The translations under genes and the position numbers were made by a program. Source: an uncultured Bacteroidales bacterium (GTDB taxonomy: Bacteria > Bacteroidota > Bacteroidia > Bacteroidales > FEN-979). From it: a stretch of 64,000 nucleotides of DNA. The notes beneath the pieces were generated by a model, which saw only the letters and a program-made list of their open reading frames with translations, had not been told where the DNA came from and searched no databases. The stretch's first letter is position 1. The number at the start of each line of letters is the position of its first letter. Location: assembly GCA_903913885.1 (NCBI GenBank), contig CAIWMX010000011.1, positions 13,512 through 77,511 on the forward strand. Reading direction: 5' to 3'. Positions 18,319 through 26,427 of this stretch are shown one piece after another.

Positions 18319-18897
18319 TTACCCCTTTTTGACAGAATATATCAGCTCATCGATGTACCGGCCTTCCTTGAAGATCGATTTTTCGAACCTGGCTTCGGGT
18401 TTCATGCCGGCTTTCTCGAGAACACGGTGTGACGCTTTGTTGGATGAAAACGTCCGGGCATAGATGCGGATAATGTCTAAATTGGTAAAACCAAATTCCA
18501 GGATCTGTTTAACTGCTTCAGTCACAATTCCCCGTCCCCAGAATTCTTCCCCAAGCCAATAGCCTATTTCTGCGTTTTTCCGATGCACGTCAGCCTGCTG
18601 GAAAATCCCTATTGATCCGCAGGCAAGGCCGTCAATAACAATAGCGAACACCCTGACAGGGTCCCCCACCCCGACAGGGTCCTCCACCCTGACAGGGTCC
18701 CCCACCCTGACGGGGTCCCCCACCCTGACGGGGTGGAGGGAGGTGATGAAGGCAATGCCATCCTCCCGGGTGTAAGGATGCGGGAACGCATCAACCAGGT
18801 TGCAGGCAATGTTTTTGTTGTTGGCATGCCTCACAAGGCTGTCAACATCGTCCATGGTGAACGGACGCAAAATGAAACTGGGCTTTTCCGGGTTCAT
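18319..18897 (-). CDS. GNAT family N-acetyltransferase (RimJ/RimL-like) carrying an in-frame tandem-repeat insertion
   Basis: 192 aa. GNAT motif A region YWLGEEFWGRGIVTEAV. Residues HPVRVGDPVRVGDPVRVEDPVGVGDPVRV are encoded by the 18-nt repeat at 18649-18734. Confidence 0.85.
   Translation of the reverse strand: MNPEKPSFILRPFTMDDVDSLVRHANNKNIACNLVDAFPHPYTREDGIAFITSLHPVRVGDPVRVGDPVRVEDPVGVGDPVRVFAIVIDGLACGSIGIFQQADVHRKNAEIGYWLGEEFWGRGIVTEAVKQILEFGFTNLDIIRIYARTFSSNKASHRVLEKAGMKPEARFEKSIFKEGRYIDELIYSVKKG
18649..18734. repeat. the same 18-nt repeat family, about 4.8 copies, inside the GNAT coding sequence
   Basis: caccctgacagggtcccc / caccccgacagggtcctc / caccctgacagggtcccc / caccctgacggggtcccc / caccctgacggggt. 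Same strand orientation as 18103-18251, and in frame (6 codons per unit). Confidence 0.95.
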
Positions 18898-18915
18898 CAG
18901 GTTCTGTGCGGGAAT

Positions 18916-19263
18916 CTATTTGGCTTTTTTCTTGCTTGAATTTGCCATCGGGTTGTACTCCAGCGCCAGCCGGATGAAATATTCCAGGTCCTGGTCCTTA
19001 TCAAGCCCCTCCGGGTCGACAAAAATAAAACCCTTCATCGGCCGGTGCGTGAAATCCATCTCCCGGCACCCCGGTTTTGAATAGGCTTCCTCCGTTTTTC
19101 CGGGATCAATGCGGGCCATCATCTTGTCTTTGATTACACCGGCGCACATCTTGTCATTCACCAGAAAACAGATGCCTCCCATCATTTTTTTATCCTCAAA
19201 CGCAACCCCTAGCTCCCTGAACTTATGCCGGATGCGCTCGGTAAGAAATTCATCGTAGGCCAT
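18916..19263 (-). CDS. TfoX/Sxy N-terminal domain protein
   Basis: 115 aa. The KKMMGGICFLVNDKMCAGV pattern is typical of the TfoX_N fold. Confidence 0.72.
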   Translation of the reverse strand: MAYDEFLTERIRHKFRELGVAFEDKKMMGGICFLVNDKMCAGVIKDKMMARIDPGKTEEAYSKPGCREMDFTHRPMKGFIFVDPEGLDKDQDLEYFIRLALEYNPMANSSKKKAK

Positions 19264-19433
19264 AACAAACGTTTATCAGGTTTACACCGGGCGTTTGAGT
19301 TTTCATTCAAACTCAAACAGCCGAAGCATACAATGCCTGCAAAGATATTAAAATGATGATGACCCGGAAATGGTGCGCTAAATTTTGTCATCCCCCGGAA
19401 CAGCGATCATGAAACCATGGCCAACCGGGATAG

Positions 19434-20960
19434 TTACTGTTTCTTCTGATCCTGCGTGTGAAAATAGCGGTACGCCTGCCAGTCGGCCAGGTTGAACGAA
19501 AGCCATCCGCGGCTCTCCCACCGGCTGAAAAACTCCTTCCTGCGTTCCCTGATCTTTTCAGCATATTCGGCCGGCGACATGTACCTGTATTCAAAGGAGA
19601 AGTTCTTATCCTGCACCTGCCTGATCCGGTCAAGTTCGGCGGGGGATTTGTCGAGCATCGGCAGGGCCTTGTCCGAAAGGGTGCATAGCCAGTCGAGGTG
19701 GACAAACGACCGCTGGTACCCGGCGAAATTATAGCGCGCGATCAGCGGGTCCCAGTTCACGCAGGAGGCCGCCGCGAGCAGAATGAACGCGGCCAGGAAA
19801 TTGACGCGCAGGAGATAAAACAGGGTCTTTCGCTCCTTTACCTTGATCACCACCGTGAACAGCCCGATAAGGGTCATGATGAGAAACAGGGCCACGCCGA
19901 TGCGCTTGTAGGCCAGGGCGAAATAACAGATGTACCAGCCGTTGCGCACTGCCACCGAAACCGCCAGCACCATGTTCTGGATCAGCCAGGCGTAACTTAA
20001 CAGCCTGAGGAATTTGTTCCCGGGAATAAAATTCTGGTTCCCACGGTATAACCACAGGATGATGCAGATGGAGATCAGGATGGAGAAGATCAGCAGCCAG
20101 GTGCCTTCATGGATAAACTGCATGAGATACTGTCCGTTCCATTCAAAATTAAACCATACAAACCAAATGTCAAGGAGATTCTGCACGAGGATCAGCAGGT
20201 TCAGCACCACCAGCAGGAACACCCCGGCGCGATATTCGCTTTTCAGGGCAAGGGTGCTGAACGACCGCATTCTTTTCTTCTGCCGCTCACGGTGCATGAT
20301 TTCTGGTGAATGTTCGTCCCAGGCGGGAATGACCTCTTTCCGGTACCGGAATACAAACAGGATGCCGATGCAAAATCCGACAAACAGTACGCCGGCCAGC
20401 GGAACATCAATGTAGTTCAATATCAGGTTCAGCCACCGGTCAAAAAAACTGAAGATGTTGTCGGTGATCGATTCGAACCATGGATTCGACGACCGGTAGA
20501 CTGCCAGGAAAAACAGGATGAGGAACAGGGGAATGACGAAGTAGACCGTTTGCCTTACGCGGTGCATGGTTCGCTGATGATTGCCGTTGCCGCTGACAAG
20601 CATGCCAATGGCATTTCCCGGCGCCAGCAGCAGGTTTCCGAAAGCAAGCCCGGCAAAGGATACGAGCGACCTGCCCGCAGGCAGCAACAACCAGCCGGTC
20701 CAAAGAAAAAGGGCAATCACATTCATGATGATCACAAAATCGGAGGCATGGATGAAGGCAAAAATGGCCGTGACCGCTACGCCGGCCGTGATGACCAGCC
20801 CGTTGCCCCTGGTTGGTTTTATCCCTGATTGCCATATCATCAGGGGAATCAGGATCAACTCAAAAAGAAGGAGGTTGATGCCCGCCGACTGGCGGTAAAA
20901 AAACAGGGTGAAAACAAGTGCAATGGCTCCTGTGAGCAGAAAGGCAAATTTGTGCTTCAT
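19434..20960 (-). CDS. polytopic membrane protein (DUF4173/DUF4153-like)
   Basis: 508 aa with at least 10 hydrophobic segments. The family name is from memory of similar Bacteroidota proteins and is not verified. Confidence 0.45.
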   Translation of the reverse strand: MKHKFAFLLTGAIALVFTLFFYRQSAGINLLLFELILIPLMIWQSGIKPTRGNGLVITAGVAVTAIFAFIHASDFVIIMNVIALFLWTGWLLLPAGRSLVSFAGLAFGNLLLAPGNAIGMLVSGNGNHQRTMHRVRQTVYFVIPLFLILFFLAVYRSSNPWFESITDNIFSFFDRWLNLILNYIDVPLAGVLFVGFCIGILFVFRYRKEVIPAWDEHSPEIMHRERQKKRMRSFSTLALKSEYRAGVFLLVVLNLLILVQNLLDIWFVWFNFEWNGQYLMQFIHEGTWLLIFSILISICIILWLYRGNQNFIPGNKFLRLLSYAWLIQNMVLAVSVAVRNGWYICYFALAYKRIGVALFLIMTLIGLFTVVIKVKERKTLFYLLRVNFLAAFILLAAASCVNWDPLIARYNFAGYQRSFVHLDWLCTLSDKALPMLDKSPAELDRIRQVQDKNFSFEYRYMSPAEYAEKIRERRKEFFSRWESRGWLSFNLADWQAYRYFHTQDQKKQ

Positions 20961-21046
20961 AAGAACGGCTTTTATTTTTATAAACGTGATTTCAGTATAC
21001 TGTATTGCCGGAAATTCTTAATAACTTCGTATCCAAATAATATTTT

Positions 21047-22459
21047 ATGGCAAGGCTCATTACCCGCCGGCAGGCGATCAAGACCCTCGGTTTAACCATT
21101 GGTGCCGCCACCATCGGCATGAAAGGATTTTCACAGACCGGTGAAAATGTGTATGAATACGACCTGAACTACGGGGATGTATATAAGCCCGTTGACAACC
21201 CGCTGAACCGGCCCATCACCGCCATCACCTGCGGGGCCGGGAACAGGGGCAATGTTTACGGCGACTATGCTGCCGCCTTTCCTGCCCAGATCAGCATCGT
21301 GGGGGTGGCCGAACCGATTCCAATCCGGAACGAGCGTTATACGAAACATCACAAGATCGCCGATGCCAACCGCTTTAAAACCTGGGAGGATGTTTTCAAA
21401 CGGCCAAAGTTCGCCGACGTGATCATCATCACCATGCCCGACAACCTACATTACGAGCCCTGCATGAAAGCCATGGAGATGGGCTACGACGTGCTGCTTG
21501 AAAAACCGATGGCGCAAACGGCGCAGCAATGCCGTGACATCCTTGCCATGACCCGCAAAACCGGCCGCATCGTGGCGGTATGCCACGTGCTCCGCTATTC
21601 GCCCTACTTCCTCAAAATGAAACAGCTCATCGAAGAAGGGGCCATCGGGGAGGTCATCAGCTTCCAGCACATGGAACCGATCTTTCATATCCATATGTCG
21701 CACTCATATGTGCGCGGCAACTGGCACGATTCAAAGGCAACCACCCCCATCATCCTGGCGAAGAGCTGCCACGACCTCGACATCCTGCGCTGGATGATCG
21801 GCAAAAATTGCGAAAGTATCGCGGCCATGGGCGACCTGAAGTGGTTCCGCAAGGAAAATGCCCCCGCAGGCAGCACCGACCGGTGCATGAACGGGTGCGC
21901 CGTGGAGGCAACGTGCCCCTATTCCGCCATGCGGATCTATTACCGCGAGCGCGGATGGCTCTACGTTTTCGACCTTCCCGATGAAAAGGAAAAACAGGGC
22001 GACGCCATTCTCGAAAACCTGCGTACCACCAACTACGGCCGCTGCGTTTACCGGATGGAGAACGACCAGCCCGACCACTATATCACTTCCATCCGGTTCG
22101 CCGGCAACATCACCGCAAACTTCTCCATGGAAGCCTTCACCTCTTACGGCGGCCGCCGCACCCGCGTGATGGGGTCGATGGGCGACATCGTCGGGGATAT
22201 GGAAGAGATGACCGTTTACGACTTCCGCACGGAAAAGAGCGTGAAACTGGTGCCGAAAACCGAGGACGTGGAATATTTTAAAAACAGCGGCCATGGCGGC
22301 GGCGACTGGCTCCTGATGCGCGATTTCGTGCAGGCCATCGCCAATCAGGATCCCAAACGGCTCACCTCCACCATCGACCAGTCGATCGAAAGCCACCTGA
22401 TGGGCTTTGCCGCCGAGGAAAGTCGGCTGAACAACCAGTTTGTAAAAGTTATCGTCTAA
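21047..22459 (+). CDS. Gfo/Idh/MocA family oxidoreductase with a Tat-type signal
   Basis: 470 aa. The N terminus RRQAIKTLGLTIGAATIG is a twin-arginine-like signal. Contains EKP (LLEKPMA), the hallmark of the family. Confidence 0.85.
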   Translation: MARLITRRQAIKTLGLTIGAATIGMKGFSQTGENVYEYDLNYGDVYKPVDNPLNRPITAITCGAGNRGNVYGDYAAAFPAQISIVGVAEPIPIRNERYTKHHKIADANRFKTWEDVFKRPKFADVIIITMPDNLHYEPCMKAMEMGYDVLLEKPMAQTAQQCRDILAMTRKTGRIVAVCHVLRYSPYFLKMKQLIEEGAIGEVISFQHMEPIFHIHMSHSYVRGNWHDSKATTPIILAKSCHDLDILRWMIGKNCESIAAMGDLKWFRKENAPAGSTDRCMNGCAVEATCPYSAMRIYYRERGWLYVFDLPDEKEKQGDAILENLRTTNYGRCVYRMENDQPDHYITSIRFAGNITANFSMEAFTSYGGRRTRVMGSMGDIVGDMEEMTVYDFRTEKSVKLVPKTEDVEYFKNSGHGGGDWLLMRDFVQAIANQDPKRLTSTIDQSIESHLMGFAAEESRLNNQFVKVIV

Positions 22460-22480
22460 AAAACGTAAATCCCTTCAGCT

Positions 22481-23314
22481 ATGAAATGGAAAAAAATCCT
22501 GATCATCATGGTGATCATCCTGATTGTGATCGCCGGAACGGGTGCCGTTATCTTTTACCCCATGTACGGCTTTATGTTCCACGAATCAACCCTGGTTGTC
22601 GATAAGGACCTTACCATTATCAGGGGCGGCGGCGGAAACAGCGGGTTGCTGGTCGCCGACAGCGCCGTGGTGGTGATCGACACCAAGATGAGCGGCGCCG
22701 CCGAAACGCTCTATAACCTTGCCAAATCAAAGGCAGGCAGCCGGAAGATCATCGCCGTCAACACCCATTATCACAGCGACCATGTGAATGGCAACAAATT
22801 CTATAAGGGGTGCGATATCTATATCGGCGCCTACGACCAGAAATTCCTGCTCGGCGACATGGGCTCCGAAAACTTGCCCAACCGGTTTGTAAAGGACAGC
22901 CTGGTGCTGAACCTCGGGAATGAAACGGTGTGCCTGTACAATATGGGTCAGGGTCACACCATGAACGACATGGTGGTGCTGCTGAAAAACCACAAGGTGC
23001 TTTTCACGGGCGACCTGATCTTCAATAAGGTAAATCCGTTTTTAAAGCGGGTGAGCGGCGCAAGCGTCGACAAATGGATCGGCGACCTCGACCGGATGCT
23101 CAGCCTGCCCGGCGTTGCTATGGTGGTACCGGGTCACGGCGAAACCGGCGACCGCACTATGATCGAATCGATGAAAAACTATTTCACCGACATGAAGACA
23201 GCTGCCGCCGATCCGACGAAAGAAAAAGCAATGTGCGAAAAATACAAGGAGTGGCTCACCCTGCCCATGATGACTTCGCCTCAGGCCACCATCGATTACA
23301 TCAGGAAACCCTGA
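22481..23314 (+). CDS. MBL-fold metallo-hydrolase, N-terminally membrane anchored
   Basis: 277 aa. One N-terminal TM helix, the HYHSDHVNG (HxHxDH) motif, and a later PGHG. Confidence 0.8.
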   Translation: MKWKKILIIMVIILIVIAGTGAVIFYPMYGFMFHESTLVVDKDLTIIRGGGGNSGLLVADSAVVVIDTKMSGAAETLYNLAKSKAGSRKIIAVNTHYHSDHVNGNKFYKGCDIYIGAYDQKFLLGDMGSENLPNRFVKDSLVLNLGNETVCLYNMGQGHTMNDMVVLLKNHKVLFTGDLIFNKVNPFLKRVSGASVDKWIGDLDRMLSLPGVAMVVPGHGETGDRTMIESMKNYFTDMKTAAADPTKEKAMCEKYKEWLTLPMMTSPQATIDYIRKP

Positions 23315-23331
23315 CCAGCCGCATCACCTCC

Positions 23332-24144
23332 TTAAAAACACTTCTTCACCCCGATGGTGAGTCCGAATGCGGCATTCCGGTGATTCACCGACGTGTTGGG
23401 ATCGGTTGAACGATAGATATCCCGGATATCGGATGCTGAAAGTTTCACCTGGGCCGACTTGTTCTTGACGTCGACGAAACCCATCTGGTAGTTGAGCATC
23501 ACGAAGAGGAATAAATTCTCCGAAAGTCGTTTCTGCGCCCCGGCCCCAAGAGTGAGCCCGAAATCCACTGTTTTGAAAGGCCTGGCCGTAAGATCGTAAC
23601 TATTGGACCCGGAGCCCGTTGTAATAGTTGCAGTTTTGCCTTTCAGCACGTCTGTTTCTGCCATCCCGCCAAAGGTGTTCGTGCCGGCGAACGTCATGGT
23701 TTGCTTGTACCCGGCCAGGAAGCCAAGATAAAAACCGGCATACCCGGTGATGGAGATGGAGTTTTCAGGGTTTGTGCTGTAAATGAACCTGAAGGGGATT
23801 TTTAAATAGGATAGACTTATGTCATTGTTAAGGATTTGATCTCCCTCCGAGGTGGTTACGACCAGTTCCTTGTAATTCTGGCCCTGCAAGGCATAGATCA
23901 ACCCAACGCTCACGCCCATGTTGTCGGTAAAGTTATACCCTCCGTTTACTCCTCCTTCAAATCCGAAGGTGAATGTCTTTTTATAGGCATAATCGTTCCC
24001 GGAGCCATCAGAACCTGCCTTCCAGTCGCCCGATAAAAATGAGGCCCCCGGCTGAAGCGCCAGCTGAACATTAAATCCCCGTTGTGCAAAGAGAAACCCT
24101 GTTCCCATTGCAAAAAACAATAATAGAGTCAATCCTTTTTTCAT
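23332..24144 (-). CDS. outer-membrane beta-barrel (porin-family) protein
   Basis: 270 aa. Signal peptide, alternating hydrophobic beta-strand pattern, and a terminal aromatic residue (..GVKKCF). Confidence 0.62.
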   Translation of the reverse strand: MKKGLTLLLFFAMGTGFLFAQRGFNVQLALQPGASFLSGDWKAGSDGSGNDYAYKKTFTFGFEGGVNGGYNFTDNMGVSVGLIYALQGQNYKELVVTTSEGDQILNNDISLSYLKIPFRFIYSTNPENSISITGYAGFYLGFLAGYKQTMTFAGTNTFGGMAETDVLKGKTATITTGSGSNSYDLTARPFKTVDFGLTLGAGAQKRLSENLFLFVMLNYQMGFVDVKNKSAQVKLSASDIRDIYRSTDPNTSVNHRNAAFGLTIGVKKCF

Positions 24145-24331
24145 GGTTGAAAGTTTTTGGTTTTCCTACTCATATGGCTTTTCGGTTTCGCCCCGTTTTT
24201 GATGGTTTCCGGACTCCATTGGTGGTTTTTGTTAGACAAATATATAACTTTTATTTTTAAATGGAATAATGACAGAAATTTTTGTAAGTCCCAAAATTGA
24301 AGTCTTCCTCTTCAACCCGGCATACAAAAAT

Positions 24332-24387
24332 GGGGCTAAAGCCCCTGTTCCCAGTCATTTTCCTAAACCCCGGGCTGAAGCCCGGGG
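24332..24387. repeat. GGGCTnnAGCCC-type palindromic hairpins
   Basis: GGGGCT-AA-AGCCCC (24332-24345) and CCCCGGGCT-GA-AGCCCGGGG (24368-24387). Related to the 32-nt palindrome at 24448-24479. Confidence 0.8.
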
Positions 24388-24447
24388 CAATAGATATGGA
24401 GCTGCTTCGGCCTGTTAACAAAATTCATGCGGACTATAGCCCGGTAT

Positions 24448-24479
24448 GAATTGCCCCGGGCTTTAGCCCGGGGCAATTC
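24448..24479 (-). terminator. perfect 15-bp-stem palindrome downstream of the DAACS gene (possible terminator or REP-like hairpin)
   Basis: GAATTGCCCCGGGCT-TT-AGCCCGGGGCAATTC, 32 nt after the stop at 24511. No U tract follows, so the terminator function is uncertain. Confidence 0.35.
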
Positions 24480-24510
24480 AGCCATTTGCAGTTCACCCTG
24501 CAATGAAAAT

Positions 24511-25896
24511 TTATGCCTCCTGACTGAAATTTTTGGCCGCCTCATCGTCGAACTCCCCTTCCCATCGTGCAATTACGACGGTGGCCAGGCAATTGCCGAT
24601 CACGTTGACCGCTGTGCGGGCCATATCCATCAGTTCATCGATCCCGAGGATAATGAAGATGGGCCAGGTGGGCAGCCCGAAACTGGCTGCCGTGCCCAGC
24701 AGAATCACCAGCGAGGCGCGCGGCACGCCCGCCACCCCCTTGCTGGTGAGCATCAGGGTCACCATCATGACGATCTGGGTGTCGAACGAAAGGCGCACCC
24801 CCGCCATGTTGGCCACGAAGATGGAAGCCATGGCCAGGTAGAGCGTGGTGCCGTCGAGGTTGAAACTGTATCCGGTGGGAATGACAAACGCGACAATTTT
24901 CCGGGGAACACCGAACCGTTCCATGTTCTCCATCGCCCTGGGAAGCGCCGATTCGCTGCTGGTGGTAGCAAAAGCGATGGTGGCCGGCTCGGCAATGGCC
25001 CTGATGAACCTCCTGACCGGAATTTTCAGCATCAGCATGATGGGCAGGAATACCAGCAGGAAAAATACGATCAGCGCGATATACAGGGTGGCCAGCAGGT
25101 GAAAGAGGTTGAACAGGACCTGCACACCCATGTGCCCGACACTGTAGGCGATGGCCGAGAACACGGCAAAGGGGGCGAAAAGCATGATGATGTTGGTAAA
25201 TTTGAACATCACCGCCGTGAGCGACCCGGTGAACCGAAGCATGGGCGCCCGGTATTGCTCGCTCACCATGGCAACGGCAATGCCGAAGAGGATGCTGAAA
25301 ACAACGATCTGCAACACGTTGCCTTCGGCAACCGACTTGGCGATGTTCTCGGGGAAAATATGAAGGATGATGTCGTGCCATGTTTGGGGTTGCACGGCTG
25401 GCAGCGTCCCGCCGGTCATTTCAGGCGGAACGGCGATGCCCAGCCCTGCCCCGCTGATGTTGATTGCCGCCAGCCCGATAAAAAGTGCAATGGTGGATAC
25501 GATCTCGAAATAAACCAGCGACTTCCAGCCCATGCGGCCAACCTGCTTCAGATCGGCATGCCCCGCAATCCCGGTAACCAGGGTACCAAACAGCAACGGG
25601 GCGATGATCGTCTTCACCAGGTGGATGAATATCTGGCTCACCACGTTCAATTCCTTTGCTACCGCAGGAAGATCATACCCGAACTCAACCCCTGCCAGCA
25701 TGCTCAGGAAGATCCAGGTGGTCAGTTTCTTGCTGACAATGGCATACAAGAGATAAAAAACCAGCGGCACCCAGCGCAGCGCGCACAAAAGCCATGATGG
25801 CGCCTGCAGGGCAAGGTAGTGGCTGGTCACGTGGATCGCGGCTGCCAGGGTGAAGGAGATGAAAAAACCGGCCAGGAGGGGTTTGGGGCGAAGCAT
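24511..25896 (-). CDS. dicarboxylate/amino acid:cation symporter (DAACS; GltP/DctA-like)
   Basis: The track ORF (to 26160) reads through a 9-nt tandem repeat, so the first plausible ATG (MLRPKPLL, 25896) is taken. Typical DAACS blocks are present (AFATSSSxxxLP, SFNLDGT). The exact start is uncertain. A TTG just before ..YAIVSKKLTT would give a canonical N terminus. Confidence 0.88.
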   Translation of the reverse strand: MLRPKPLLAGFFISFTLAAAIHVTSHYLALQAPSWLLCALRWVPLVFYLLYAIVSKKLTTWIFLSMLAGVEFGYDLPAVAKELNVVSQIFIHLVKTIIAPLLFGTLVTGIAGHADLKQVGRMGWKSLVYFEIVSTIALFIGLAAINISGAGLGIAVPPEMTGGTLPAVQPQTWHDIILHIFPENIAKSVAEGNVLQIVVFSILFGIAVAMVSEQYRAPMLRFTGSLTAVMFKFTNIIMLFAPFAVFSAIAYSVGHMGVQVLFNLFHLLATLYIALIVFFLLVFLPIMLMLKIPVRRFIRAIAEPATIAFATTSSESALPRAMENMERFGVPRKIVAFVIPTGYSFNLDGTTLYLAMASIFVANMAGVRLSFDTQIVMMVTLMLTSKGVAGVPRASLVILLGTAASFGLPTWPIFIILGIDELMDMARTAVNVIGNCLATVVIARWEGEFDDEAAKNFSQEA

Positions 25897-25931
25897 AGGC
25901 GGTGGGGGTTGGGTGAGTAAAGGTAAGATAA

Positions 25932-26073
25932 ATGGTGAGATGGTGAAATGGTGGACAGGTGGACAGGTGGACGGGTGGGCAGGTGGGCAGGTGGACGAGT
26001 GGACGAGTGGACAGGTGGGCAGGTGGAAAGGTGGGCAGGTGGGCAGGTGGGCAGGTGGGCAGGTGGACAGGTG
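25932..26073. repeat. 9-nt tandem repeat (C)AGGTGGRC, about 15 copies
   Basis: ggtggacag gtggacagg tggacgggt gggcaggtg ggcaggtgg acgagtgga ... Located directly upstream of the minus-strand DAACS start. It generates spurious PTCPPAHL/GGQVGRW ORFs in several frames. Confidence 0.92.
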
Positions 26074-26427
26074 ATTTTGCCAAACAATGGACATTTGAAA
26101 CCTGCACCTGGTGTCAACCTGGAAATCGATATTCAGGCATAACGAGGGCAGTGGGGACATGCCATGGCATGGTCACACCGTATGGGTTATCCCCATGACA
26201 TGGCATTGACCCGCCACAGGGTTCCCCTTTTTGAGCATCTGATTATATGGTGGGATAATTGTGATCATTCATTTTTTATATGCTTTTTTACAATATAATT
26301 ACATTACATGTTTTTTTGAAGGGTAAGAGGGGGAATGGCGCTGTTCGTAGCAGGCACGGCTTGCAGATTTCAAAGTGCCATTGACTTCTATTGGAAAATG
26401 TTGTACCTTTAGCCCAAATTTTTTGTA

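Noticed and set aside
18054-18463. ORFs 18054..18269(-) (GGPRQGG repeats) and 18092..18463(+) (HPDGVP repeats)
   Set aside because: Both are simply translations of the 18-nt tandem repeat in different frames and strands. They have no start context, no non-repetitive domain, and lie between two well-supported genes.
19293-19318. 10-bp perfect hairpin GTTTGAGTTT-TCATTC-AAACTCAAAC between the DUF4173-like and TfoX genes
   Set aside because: It is AT-rich, has no U tract on the minus strand, and does not recur in the window. There is insufficient evidence for a terminator or regulatory call.
25827-26198. Several 64-140-aa ORFs rich in PTCPPAHL or GGQVGRW
   Set aside because: They are translations of the 9-nt tandem repeat array upstream of the DAACS gene. 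They are mutually overlapping in all frames and so are not credible genes.
26361-26380. TGGCAC...TGCA on the minus strand as a sigma54 promoter. A similar TGGCAACTCCCTGTT occurs at about 9100-9115 on the plus strand.
   Set aside because: The GG-to-GC spacing is wrong (15 rather than 12 positions) in the first, and there is no -12 GC in the second. Both point away from any nearby start codon.
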